DNA of 64,000 bases, taken from Fibrobacterota bacterium (GTDB lineage Bacteria; Fibrobacterota; Fibrobacteria; UBA11236). Below the pieces are notes generated by a model. The model was not told where the DNA came from, searched no databases, and saw only the letters and a program-made list of their open reading frames with translations. The stretch is from the NCBI GenBank assembly GCA_023249635.1, contig JAHFCH010000008.1, forward strand, positions 2,810-66,809. The letters run 5' to 3'. A program made the translations under genes and the position numbers. Shown here in pieces: positions 46,272 through 55,180 of this stretch (positions are counted from its first letter, which is position 1; every line of letters begins with the position of its first letter).

Positions 46272-46477
46272 GTTAACAGTGTAAACAAAATTCCGGGGCC
46301 TGTCAAAACGGCGATTGCGATTGGGCATGGCGGCTCACGCGGGCTTACGCGTAATTACAACGCCATGACGAACGGAAGCCACCCCTACCATCCATACGCG
46401 GGGCAAGTAACTATATTCCATCGTCGCAACAGACAAGCCTTCCCGACAGTCAACAAGCCAATGGAATCCGTGGTTTT

Positions 46478-47290
46478 ATGAACGACCTCCTCCCCCAGGT
46501 TGCCGCGCTGAAGGACGACGCCGTATTCCGGCTCGGGTTCCGCGTATTGGACTGGGAAGCATTCGCGGGACCGGGGCTGTCCTCCAAGGCGGAATGGAAA
46601 ACCTGGGCCCACCGGGAATCCGCTGATTGGTCATCCTCGGCAACCCCCACGGCTCCCGTCCAGGGTATGGCTCCGATTCTCCGCCGCCGCGCCGATGCCG
46701 CCGATCGCTTGGCCCTGGAAATCGCATTCCGGCTTTCCCCCCAAGCGGGAGTCCCCACGGTATTCTCCAGCCGTCACGGCCAGGTTACCCGGTCCGCCGC
46801 CATGTTGCGGGCCCAGGCCTTGGGCGAACCGGCTTCGCCCATGGACTTCAGCCTCTCGGTGCACAACGCCACTGCGGGGCAATATTCCATCGCTTCCGGG
46901 GATAAGCATGCGAGTTCCTCGCTTTCCTCCCGGCATGAATGCTTCGCCGCGGGGTTGCTGGAAGCCATGGGTATGCTCGCCGAAGGCGCGCACCAGGTCC
47001 TCCTGGTCAGCAGCGATCCCGTGATGCCGGAAATCTACGGGGATGCGGAGCAGGGGGAACCTGCGGGTTACTCCTTTGGTCTGCTCCTGGGTTGCGAAGG
47101 CGGTGAAGCGTTTTCCCTTGCGCTTAGGACTCGGGAAGCCCATGCCACGGCGGCCGACGCGAATCCGGATCGATTTCCCCAGGCCTTGGCCTTCCTGCGT
47201 ATGCTGGCCGGCGAAAAGCCCTCCTGCGCCTGGCTGCGAAGCGGCCGCGGCTGGACCTGGTCCCGCGACGCGGCGGATGCGGGCGTATGA
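46478..47290 (+). CDS. beta-ketoacyl-synthase N-terminal-like / chain-length-factor-type protein (aryl-polyene cluster)
   Basis: About 270 aa, with no catalytic Cys. PTVFSSRHGQVTRSAAMLRAQ...FSLSVHNATAGQYSIASG is typical of the KS-CLF-like family found at the head of aryl-polyene clusters. Confidence 0.55.
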   Translation: MNDLLPQVAALKDDAVFRLGFRVLDWEAFAGPGLSSKAEWKTWAHRESADWSSSATPTAPVQGMAPILRRRADAADRLALEIAFRLSPQAGVPTVFSSRHGQVTRSAAMLRAQALGEPASPMDFSLSVHNATAGQYSIASGDKHASSSLSSRHECFAAGLLEAMGMLAEGAHQVLLVSSDPVMPEIYGDAEQGEPAGYSFGLLLGCEGGEAFSLALRTREAHATAADANPDRFPQALAFLRMLAGEKPSCAWLRSGRGWTWSRDAADAGV

Positions 47291-48063
47291 AATTCCTATG
47301 GCGCGTCTGGCGCACCCTGGCCACCCTGTGGTGCTTCTTCACCTTCGCCGTGGGCGGCGCCGTGTTGGGGACAACCATCATTCCCCTGGTCTGGCTCCGC
47401 TGGCGCAAACAAGAGGATCGCCACCGCGTAGGCCGCAACATAGTCCGCTGGTCTTTTTTCCTTTTCGTGTGGATGATGCGCATCACCGGCGTGTTGAAGT
47501 TGCGCATCGAAGGCAGGGAAACCCTGCTGCGTTCCGGCAATCTGGTGCTTGCCAACCACCCCACCCTGATCGATTTCGTGATCCTGGCCTCGGTGGTTCC
47601 GCAAGCCGATTGCGTGGTCAAAGGCGAGCTGGAACGCGATTGGTTCAAGCGTTGGGGAGTGAAGCTGGCGGGATACATTCCCAACCATGACGGCGAATCC
47701 ACCGTGGCGCAAGCGCGCCGCAGCCTCGACTCGGGCAATAACATGATCATTTTCCCGGAAGGGACGCGCACGCTTCCCGGAATGCCCGTGAAGTTCCAAA
47801 AAGGCGCGGCCCAGGTGGCCGTACGCATCAAGCAGGACATCACCCCCGTTTTCATCCAGAGCACGCCTTCCAATCTGGAAAAAGGCGGCGCCTGGTACCT
47901 GGCCCCCAAGCATCCCATCCGCATCGTCATGCGCGTGAAAGCAGGCATCCCGGTGAAGCCGTTCCTCAGCGCGCGGCCGGATCAACCCGCCTTGGCGGCG
48001 CGGGATCTGAACGAGCATCTTCAGCAATTCTTCAATAAGGAAGTCGCCCATGCCCGAGCTTGA
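47287..48063 (+). CDS. lysophospholipid/glycerol-phosphate acyltransferase (PlsC-like)
   Basis: HxxxxD motif (NHPTLIDFVIL) and FPEGTRT motif. Overlaps the upstream stop by 4 nt. Confidence 0.75.
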   Translation: MKFLWRVWRTLATLWCFFTFAVGGAVLGTTIIPLVWLRWRKQEDRHRVGRNIVRWSFFLFVWMMRITGVLKLRIEGRETLLRSGNLVLANHPTLIDFVILASVVPQADCVVKGELERDWFKRWGVKLAGYIPNHDGESTVAQARRSLDSGNNMIIFPEGTRTLPGMPVKFQKGAAQVAVRIKQDITPVFIQSTPSNLEKGGAWYLAPKHPIRIVMRVKAGIPVKPFLSARPDQPALAARDLNEHLQQFFNKEVAHARA

Positions 48064-48322
48064 GGCAGAGATCAAGGATCTCATAATCCAAAGCCTCCGC
48101 CTGGAGGATATCACGCCGGCTTCCATCGACGCCGAAGCCGCGATTTTCGGGGAAGGCCTCGGGCTCGATTCCATCGACGCCTTGGAACTGGGCATCGCCG
48201 TGCAGAAGAAGTACGGCATCAAGATGAGCGCGGATGCGGCCGAAAATAAGCTGCATTTCGCCAGCGTCCGCAACCTTGCGCGTTTCGTGGAAAGCCGCCG
48301 CGCGGCTACGGAGCGGACATGA
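48050..48322 (+). CDS. acyl carrier protein 1
   Basis: About 90 aa, with the phosphopantetheine site LGLDSIDALEL. Confidence 0.75.
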   Translation: MPELEAEIKDLIIQSLRLEDITPASIDAEAAIFGEGLGLDSIDALELGIAVQKKYGIKMSADAAENKLHFASVRNLARFVESRRAATERT

Positions 48323-48573
48323 GCCTCAAGACCAAGCCGGAAATCATGGCGGCGGTGATCGCCTCGCTCCACGAGACCTTCGGCATCGAGATGGAGCGCC
48401 TCAAACCGGAGGCGCAATTGTACCAGGACCTGGAGATCGACAGCATCGATGCCATTGATCTCATGGTTAAGCTGCAAAAGCTGATCGGGAAGCGTATGCA
48501 GCCCGAAGCCTTCAAGACCGTGCGTACCATCGACGACGTGGTCAACGTGATCGAGAAGCTGGTCAACGAGTAA
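48319..48573 (+). CDS. acyl carrier protein 2
   Basis: 84 aa, with LEIDSIDAIDLM. Overlaps ACP1 stop. Confidence 0.75.
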   Translation: MSLKTKPEIMAAVIASLHETFGIEMERLKPEAQLYQDLEIDSIDAIDLMVKLQKLIGKRMQPEAFKTVRTIDDVVNVIEKLVNE

Positions 48574-48576
48574 ATC

Positions 48577-49134
48577 GTGGCCTCGTTCGGGATGACCGCC
48601 CTGACCGCGGCGGTGACGGCAGCCTATCCCGTCCTTATCTACTTCGGATTGCGCCAAGGCGTACCGACCCGCTGGTTCGCTTTGGGTCTGCTGGCCCTTG
48701 CGGCACTTCGCTGGGGACGCCCGCTCGCGCGCAAGCTCCCCATCCCCTTGCTCTTGGCCATCGCGGCCGCGGTGGCCGCCCTGGCCTGGTTCCGCAGCGC
48801 GGCGTCGGTTCTGTATTATCCCGTCGCCGTGAACCTGGCGTTGCTCGTCGTGTTCGCCGCCAGCCTGGCTTCGCCGCCAACAGTCATAGAGCGCTTGGCG
48901 CGATTGCGGCATCCCGATCTGGATGCGCATGGCGTACGTTATACCCGCAAGGTTACCGTGGTCTGGTGCGGATTCTTCCTCCTGAATGCCGCGGCGGCCG
49001 CGGCCACGGCGCTCGCCGGGAATCAGGCGGTCTGGGCCTTGTATAACGGATTCCTGGCCTACTTGCTGATGGGCGCGTTGTTCCTGGGGGAATGGCTGGT
49101 GCGCCGTAAGGTAATGGCGGCGAGGCAGGCATGA
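48577..49134 (+). CDS. integral membrane protein of aryl-polyene cluster
   Basis: GTG start. 4-5 predicted TM helices and no recognisable motif. Its position matches the membrane protein of E. coli-type aryl-polyene clusters. Confidence 0.45.
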   Translation: MASFGMTALTAAVTAAYPVLIYFGLRQGVPTRWFALGLLALAALRWGRPLARKLPIPLLLAIAAAVAALAWFRSAASVLYYPVAVNLALLVVFAASLASPPTVIERLARLRHPDLDAHGVRYTRKVTVVWCGFFLLNAAAAAATALAGNQAVWALYNGFLAYLLMGALFLGEWLVRRKVMAARQA

Positions 49135-50849
49135 CGCCCTGGATGGATCTCGCGAAGCTGGCCCAGGGAAACGGGCAACGCGGCCTGGTTGGGCTGGCCC
49201 CCGGCCAGGATTGGGCTGCCTTGATGCGTGCGCGGGAAGCTTGGAGCGCCGCCGTCATGGCTGCGGGCGCGCGCCGTGTGGCGCTGTACTGTACCGATAC
49301 CTTCGAATTCGCCGGGGCCTTGCTGGGAATCTGGAGCGCGGGTGCCACCGCGGTTTTGCCGGGAGACGCTACGGAAATAACCACCGCCGGCTTGCGGAGC
49401 CAGGTGGACGCATTCGTGGGGGAGTTCCCCGCATCCGTCGCCCCGGGTCTGATCGCCGCGGCGAGTTCCCATCGGGCTGCCGCAACCAGCGGGAGCACGC
49501 AGCCGGCGCGCCCCTTCCCGGAATTGCCGCTGGTCCTCTTTACCTCCGGTTCCACCGGCGTTCCCATCGCGGTCTCCAAGACCCGCTCCGATCTGGAGAA
49601 CGAATTGCGCGGACTGCAAGCCGCGCTGGGAGCGGATCTCCGCGCCGAGCGCGTTTTGTCCACCGTGAGCCATCAGCATATCTATGGTCTTCTCTTCCGC
49701 TGCTTATGGCCGTTGGCTTGCGGCCGGCCTTTCGCCGCCGATCTCATCCGCTTTCCCGAAGAGCTTGCCGATCGGTTGGGGAATCCCGGGACCGCCTTGC
49801 TGGTCGCCTCGCCGGCTTTCCTCAAGCGCATGCACCAGGCCCGGTCTCTCGAGCAGCTGCCGCATCCCCCGGAAACCGTATTCTCCTCCGGAGGCCCGCT
49901 GGCCTGGGACGCCGCCGAGGCCTGCGCTCGCATGTTCGCATCGTATCCCATCGAGATCTACGGGAGCACGGAAACGGGCGGCATCGCCTGGCGCCGCCGC
50001 AACCGGGAAGACCAGGCCTGGACGCCCTTTTCCGGAGTGGTTCCCGCCATCGCGGAAGATGGGACGCTCTCCCTGACCGCATCGCCCTATGTATCCTCCC
50101 CGTTACCCATGGCGACCGGCGACCTGGCCCGCATGGAAGGCGGGTCTCTCCGGTTGCTGGGCCGCGCGGATCGCATCGTGAAACTCGAGGAGAAGCGCCT
50201 CTCGCTGACCGCCATGGAAGCACTCCTGGCGCGGCATCCGCGCATGGCGGAAGCGCGCCTGCTGGTGCTCCCGGGCGAACGCGAAACTTTGGCCGCCGTC
50301 CTGCGCCTTGACGATGGCAGCGTCCCGTTGCGCGGGAGCGCGGAGCGCGAAGCGCTGGTGCGGGAACTGCGCGAGCACCTGGCGCAAGGGTTCGAGCGCG
50401 TGCTGTTGCCCCGGCGTTGGCGCATCGTCGCCGCCCTGCCGGTGAACGCGGCCGGAAAAACCACCCAAGCGCTCTTGGCGGAATTGTTCCGACCTTTGTT
50501 GGGACCCTGCATCACCGCGGAACGACGGGGAGAATCGGGCGCAACGCTCCTGGATTTGGATATCCATCCGGAACTCGAGCATTTCCGCGGCCATTTCCCG
50601 GAAGGGGCTTTATTGCCCGGCGTGGTGCAATTGGATTGGGCCATCCGCGAGGGTCAAAGGCGATTCGGCCCTTTCGGCGCCTTCCGCGGATTACGGGTGC
50701 TTAAATTCCAACGCCCCATCACGCCCGGTATGCGAGTGACCCTGGAGTTGACCCATCTGCCCGCCAAAGGCGCGATCGCCTTCGCATACGATTCCGCCGC
50801 CGGCCGCCATGCCGCCGGTCAAGCGATATTCGCTCCGGTGGCAGCGTGA
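49131..50849 (+). CDS. AMP-dependent synthetase/ligase fused to C-terminal hotdog (FabA/FabZ-like) dehydratase domain
   Basis: AMP-binding motifs (LFTSGSTGVPIAV, EIYGSTETGGIAW). The C-terminal ~130 aa (IHPELEHFRGHFPEGALLPGVVQLDWAI) are a hotdog dehydratase. Confidence 0.7.
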   Translation: MTPWMDLAKLAQGNGQRGLVGLAPGQDWAALMRAREAWSAAVMAAGARRVALYCTDTFEFAGALLGIWSAGATAVLPGDATEITTAGLRSQVDAFVGEFPASVAPGLIAAASSHRAAATSGSTQPARPFPELPLVLFTSGSTGVPIAVSKTRSDLENELRGLQAALGADLRAERVLSTVSHQHIYGLLFRCLWPLACGRPFAADLIRFPEELADRLGNPGTALLVASPAFLKRMHQARSLEQLPHPPETVFSSGGPLAWDAAEACARMFASYPIEIYGSTETGGIAWRRRNREDQAWTPFSGVVPAIAEDGTLSLTASPYVSSPLPMATGDLARMEGGSLRLLGRADRIVKLEEKRLSLTAMEALLARHPRMAEARLLVLPGERETLAAVLRLDDGSVPLRGSAEREALVRELREHLAQGFERVLLPRRWRIVAALPVNAAGKTTQALLAELFRPLLGPCITAERRGESGATLLDLDIHPELEHFRGHFPEGALLPGVVQLDWAIREGQRRFGPFGAFRGLRVLKFQRPITPGMRVTLELTHLPAKGAIAFAYDSAAGRHAAGQAIFAPVAA

Positions 50850-51583
50850 GCTTCAAACCCTGCATCGTGATTCCCGTCTATGAGCATTCCAAGCCCTTGG
50901 CTGCGGTGCTGGAACGCCTGTCCCCGGCGGGGATTCACTGCATCGTGGTGGACGACGGATCCGGCGCCGCTTGCCGTTCGGAACTCGCGGCCCTGGCATC
51001 CCTACGTACCACCCAGGTTACCCTGGTCCGCAGGCCCGCCAATGGCGGAAAGGGCGCGGCGGTCAAGACCGGTCTCCGGCACGCGGGGGAAGCCGGATAC
51101 ACCCATGCGCTGCAGGTGGATGCGGACGGGCAGCATGATCTGGACGCCTTGCCCCGCCTGTTGGCCGCGGCGGAAGCGGAGCCGTTGGCGGTAATCTGCG
51201 GCGCGCCCAGCTTCGATGCCACCGTGCCGGCATCGCGGCTGTACGGCAGACGGCTCACCAATTTCTGGATCCGCGTGAATACCTTGTCGGGAGCCATTCC
51301 CGACGGTATGTGCGGCCTGCGCGTCTATCCTCTCGCGTCCACCTTGCGTACGCTCGCGTCCGCGCGCACCGGCGACCGGATGGATTTCGATCCGGAGGTG
51401 CTGGTGCGCCTCAAATGGGCCGGCGTGCCCATGCGCTTCCTGCCCGTCGCTGTGCACTATCCCGTGGACGGCGTTTCCCATTTCCGCATGGGCAAGGACA
51501 ATGCGCTCATCTCATGGATGCATACGCGCCTGTTTTTTGGGATGCTGCTGCGCGCGGTACCCATGCTGTTGGAGCGCGCATGA
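50846..51583 (+). CDS. family-2 glycosyltransferase
   Basis: CIVIPVYEHSKPLAAVLERL...IVVDDGSGA...GKGAAVKTGL...VDADGQHD. Confidence 0.75.
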   Translation: MSFKPCIVIPVYEHSKPLAAVLERLSPAGIHCIVVDDGSGAACRSELAALASLRTTQVTLVRRPANGGKGAAVKTGLRHAGEAGYTHALQVDADGQHDLDALPRLLAAAEAEPLAVICGAPSFDATVPASRLYGRRLTNFWIRVNTLSGAIPDGMCGLRVYPLASTLRTLASARTGDRMDFDPEVLVRLKWAGVPMRFLPVAVHYPVDGVSHFRMGKDNALISWMHTRLFFGMLLRAVPMLLERA

Positions 51584-52533
51584 AGACGCCCGCCAGCCCT
51601 ACTGCGGTGGGCCATTGGGCCAATCGGGCGGAAATCGGCACCGCTACGGGATTGCGCTTCCTCTTCGAAGTGAGCCGCCGCCTGGGCCGCTGGCCTTTCC
51701 GAATCGTGCTGTTCCCGGTGGTTTTATACTTTTTCCTCTCCCAAAGGACCAAGCGCGCCGACTCCCGCCTCTATCTGGAACGGGTGCGGGCCGCCATGGG
51801 TCGGCCAGGCAAGCCATCGCGGCTGCTCGTGTTCCGGCACTTTCTGGTCCTGGGGGAAGGCATCCTCGATCGGATCCTCGCTTGGGATCCCCGCTCCAAG
51901 TCTCCGCGCATCACGCGCCATGGGCGCGAGGCGGTGGCCCGGCATCTTGATCAAGGCAAAGGCGTGCTCCTGATCGGATCCCATCTCGGGAACCTGGAAG
52001 CGGCCCGCCACCTGGCCCTGACCGAGAGGAAAGTCCGGGTGAACGTGTTGGTGCATACGCGCCATAACCCGGGATTCATTGGACTGATGAAACGCATCAA
52101 CCCCGACAGCCAGCTTTCCCTGATCCAGGTGACGGAGATGAATCCCGCTACGGCCATGCTGCTCAAGGACAAGGTGGATGCGGGCGAGGTCGTCCTCATC
52201 GCGGGGGATCGCGTACCTCTCGACGGCAAAGGCATCGCTTGGGCGCCTTTCCTGGGGCATGACGCTCCCTGGCCCATCGGGCCCTACGTACTCGCCTCCC
52301 TGCTCGACTGCCCCGTGTTCCTCATCTTCTGCCTGGGCTCCGCCGACGCATACGACATCCATTACGAACCCTTCGCGGAACGGCTGACCCTGGAAAGGGC
52401 CAACCGCCGCGAGGTCCTGGCGGGCTGGGTCCGGCGCTACGCGGATCGGCTCGCGCATTATTGCACCTTGGCGCCCCTGCTTTGGAGCAATGTCTACGAT
52501 TTCTGGGGCGCACCGGAGGCCGCACGCCAATGA
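51580..52533 (+). CDS. LpxL/HtrB-family (lipid A late) acyltransferase-like protein
   Basis: N-terminal membrane anchor, then HtrB-family blocks (GKGVLLIGSHLGNLE, VLIAGDRVP). ATG at 51580 overlaps the GT2 stop. Confidence 0.65.
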   Translation: MKTPASPTAVGHWANRAEIGTATGLRFLFEVSRRLGRWPFRIVLFPVVLYFFLSQRTKRADSRLYLERVRAAMGRPGKPSRLLVFRHFLVLGEGILDRILAWDPRSKSPRITRHGREAVARHLDQGKGVLLIGSHLGNLEAARHLALTERKVRVNVLVHTRHNPGFIGLMKRINPDSQLSLIQVTEMNPATAMLLKDKVDAGEVVLIAGDRVPLDGKGIAWAPFLGHDAPWPIGPYVLASLLDCPVFLIFCLGSADAYDIHYEPFAERLTLERANRREVLAGWVRRYADRLAHYCTLAPLLWSNVYDFWGAPEAARQ

Positions 52534-54122
52534 CCGCAAATCCCGTTTCCCCCACCGTGGCCTTCGACGGCGGGCGCCTGCATATCGAAGACGTGGTGCG
52601 CTTGGCCGAGCGCAAGGCAGTCGCGCGTCTGGGCGCCGACGCGGGCTTCCGCGCCCGCATCGAAAAGGGAGCCGACTTCATCGACGCCGTCATCGCCAGC
52701 GAAGGCGTCGTCTATGGCGTGACCACCGGCTATGGCGAGAACGTAAGCGTTCCCATTTCCCGCAACCTGGCGGCGCTCTTGCCGGCGAAACTCGTACGTT
52801 ACCATGGCGCCGGCCTGGGCGACCCGTTTTCCGAAACCGAAACCCGCGCCATCCTGGCGGCCCGGTTGGCTTCCCTGGCCCGCGGATATTCCGGCGTCAG
52901 CTTCGCATTGCTCGAAGGCCTGCAATCCCTGCTCGAAAAGGACATCCTGCCGATCATCCCCGAAGAGGGATCGGTGGGGGCCAGCGGCGATCTCACGCCT
53001 TTGTCGTACGTGGCGGCGGTACTCTGCGGTGATCGGGAAGCGCGCCAGCGCGGCGAAACCGTGCCCGCCTCCCAAGCCCTGCGCGCCGCAGGGCTCAAGC
53101 CATATACCTTGCGGCCCAAGGAAGCCCTGGCGCTGATGAACGGCACCGCAGTGATGACGGCGCTGGCCTGCCTCAATTTTTCCCGGGCCGAATGGCTCAC
53201 CCGCGTCTGCACCCGCATCACCTCCCTGGCGGTGCTGGCCCTGGACGGCAACGCGGGGCATTTCGCCGCGGGCCTTTTCGCCGTAAAACCTTTCGCGGGC
53301 ATGGGCATGGCCGCCGGCCGCATCCGCGACGATCTCGCCCGCGCCGGGCACGGCTCCAATACGGGCGCCCTGCAGGATCGGTATTCCATCCGTTGCGCCC
53401 CGCACGTGATCGGGGTGCTGGAAGACAGCCTCCCCTGGTATCGCGACTTCCTGGAATGCGAGCTGAACAGCTCCAATGACAATCCCATCATCGACGCGGA
53501 GCGCGGCGTGGTGCACCATGGCGGCCATTTCTACGGCGGGCATATCTGCATGGCCATGGACGCCATGAAGACGGCAGTCGCCAACCTGGCCGATCTCGTC
53601 GACCGCCAGATAGCCTTGCTGGTCGATCCCAAGGTGAATGCGGGATTGCCCGCCAACCTCAGCGGCGCGAACGGACCCGAGGCCGCCACCGACCACGGCC
53701 TAAAAGCCTTGCAGATAACCGCCTCGGCGTGTACGGCGGAAGCCTTGAAGCTGTGCATACCCGCCAGCATCTTTTCCCGATCCACGGAAAGCCACAACCA
53801 GGACAAGGTAAGCCTGGGAACCATAGCGGCCCGCGATTGCCGGCGCATCCTGGAGTTGGCCGAACAAGTGGCCGCCTGCGGCCTGTTGGCGGCGGCCCAA
53901 GGCGCGGAATTGCGGCTGCGGGCCGAAGGCCGCGCGCCCGATTCCCTACAGGGACCCGCGGGGGAAACCCTGGCCTGGGTGCGCCGACACAGCGCCTTGG
54001 TGGAATCGGATCGCGCCCTGGAAGGCGATCTGCGCGCCCTGATCGCGGGATTGCGTGAACGCGATGCGGGCCTGGCCGGCTCCGGCCCCGCCGATCCCAT
54101 GCGGGAGCCTTCCCAATCATGA
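52530..54122 (+). CDS. MIO-dependent aromatic amino-acid ammonia-lyase (HAL/TAL/PAL family)
   Basis: The GASGDL triad that forms the MIO cofactor is present (GSVGASGDLTPLSYVA). Full-length HAL/PAL architecture (NGTAVMTALA, SNDNPII). Within an aryl-polyene cluster this is most likely tyrosine ammonia-lyase. Confidence 0.8.
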   Translation: MTANPVSPTVAFDGGRLHIEDVVRLAERKAVARLGADAGFRARIEKGADFIDAVIASEGVVYGVTTGYGENVSVPISRNLAALLPAKLVRYHGAGLGDPFSETETRAILAARLASLARGYSGVSFALLEGLQSLLEKDILPIIPEEGSVGASGDLTPLSYVAAVLCGDREARQRGETVPASQALRAAGLKPYTLRPKEALALMNGTAVMTALACLNFSRAEWLTRVCTRITSLAVLALDGNAGHFAAGLFAVKPFAGMGMAAGRIRDDLARAGHGSNTGALQDRYSIRCAPHVIGVLEDSLPWYRDFLECELNSSNDNPIIDAERGVVHHGGHFYGGHICMAMDAMKTAVANLADLVDRQIALLVDPKVNAGLPANLSGANGPEAATDHGLKALQITASACTAEALKLCIPASIFSRSTESHNQDKVSLGTIAARDCRRILELAEQVAACGLLAAAQGAELRLRAEGRAPDSLQGPAGETLAWVRRHSALVESDRALEGDLRALIAGLRERDAGLAGSGPADPMREPSQS

Positions 54123-54538
54123 GCCCCACGATCTCGGCTTCCGTCGACTTCCAGGTGGAGTTCTACGACGTTGACGCCATGAAAGTGGTCTGGCACGGGA
54201 ACTACGCGCGTTACTTCGAGATCGGCCGCATGGCCCTCTTCGATAAGCTCGGCTACGGTTATCTCGAAATGGAGGCCAGCGGATTCGCCTGGCCCGTGGT
54301 CGATTTGCATATCCGTTACGTACGGCCGGCCCGGCTGGGCCAGAAACTGCGCGTGACAGCCGAGCTCATGGAGTGGGAAAACCGCGTGGTGATGGAGTTC
54401 GCCATCCTCGACGTCGCCACGGGAGAACGCCTGACCAAAGGCGACAGCGTGCAAGTGGCGGTGGAAGCGAAAAGCGGCGAATTGCTTTTCCTGACGCCGG
54501 AAATCTTCCAGGCCAAGGTGCGTAAGGCCATGGCATGA
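54119..54538 (+). CDS. 4HBT/YbgC-type hotdog acyl-CoA/ACP thioesterase
   Basis: About 139 aa. FQVEFYDVDAMKVVWHGNYARYFEIGR is the 4-hydroxybenzoyl-CoA thioesterase fold signature. Confidence 0.7.
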   Translation: MSPTISASVDFQVEFYDVDAMKVVWHGNYARYFEIGRMALFDKLGYGYLEMEASGFAWPVVDLHIRYVRPARLGQKLRVTAELMEWENRVVMEFAILDVATGERLTKGDSVQVAVEAKSGELLFLTPEIFQAKVRKAMA

Positions 54539-55161
54539 AGGCCCTGCTGCTATCCGCATGCCTCGCCCTGTACTCGCTCAGCGCGCTCGCGTTCAGTGCG
54601 CCCGTCCCCCGGCAGTTGTCCACCGCGCCCCTGCTGTACGGGCTTTTCGTCCAGGAGAAATCAATCCAGGGGATCAAAAAGCCACTGGTATCCCGGGGCG
54701 ATTTCCTGGTGGCCAAGGACAAAGGGGTCATCTGGCGCACCCAGAAACCCTTCTCCGCCGCCGTGGCCGTGACCGGCAAAGGCATCTGGGCCGTGCAAGG
54801 CGGCTCGGGTACCGATCCCAAAGAAACGGCGGCCGCGCCCAAGCGGACCCCCATCCACCAGGGTAACCTGGGCGCTACTATGGGGATGATCCAGAAGATC
54901 CTGGCCGGTGATGCCTCCTCCCTGGAGAAGGCCTTTCAGGTGGAGGCCTCCGGTAACGACAGCGCCTGGGGCCTGTCCCTGAAGCCCAAGGATGCGGTGT
55001 TGGCGCGCTTCGTGGCCCGGGTTTCCCTAAAGGGTGGCGCCCATGTGGATGAAGTGGAATACCTGGAAGCCAACGGCGACAAGACGCATATCGCTTTTTC
55101 CGAAGTAATCGAATCGGGGGGAGCGCTTTCCTCCTGGCCCGCTCTCGTCCTGCAGGACTAG
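54535..55161 (+). CDS. LolA-like outer-membrane lipoprotein carrier protein
   Basis: Signal peptide. Size (~208 aa) and beta-rich pattern are typical of the LolA-like protein of aryl-polyene/flexirubin clusters. Confidence 0.55.
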   Translation: MKALLLSACLALYSLSALAFSAPVPRQLSTAPLLYGLFVQEKSIQGIKKPLVSRGDFLVAKDKGVIWRTQKPFSAAVAVTGKGIWAVQGGSGTDPKETAAAPKRTPIHQGNLGATMGMIQKILAGDASSLEKAFQVEASGNDSAWGLSLKPKDAVLARFVARVSLKGGAHVDEVEYLEANGDKTHIAFSEVIESGGALSSWPALVLQD

Positions 55162-55180
55162 GGACGCGGGACGACCGGAC

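Noticed and set aside
46631-47143. Minus-strand 170-aa ORF within the polyene cluster
   Set aside because: Antisense to the CLF-like gene. No motif.
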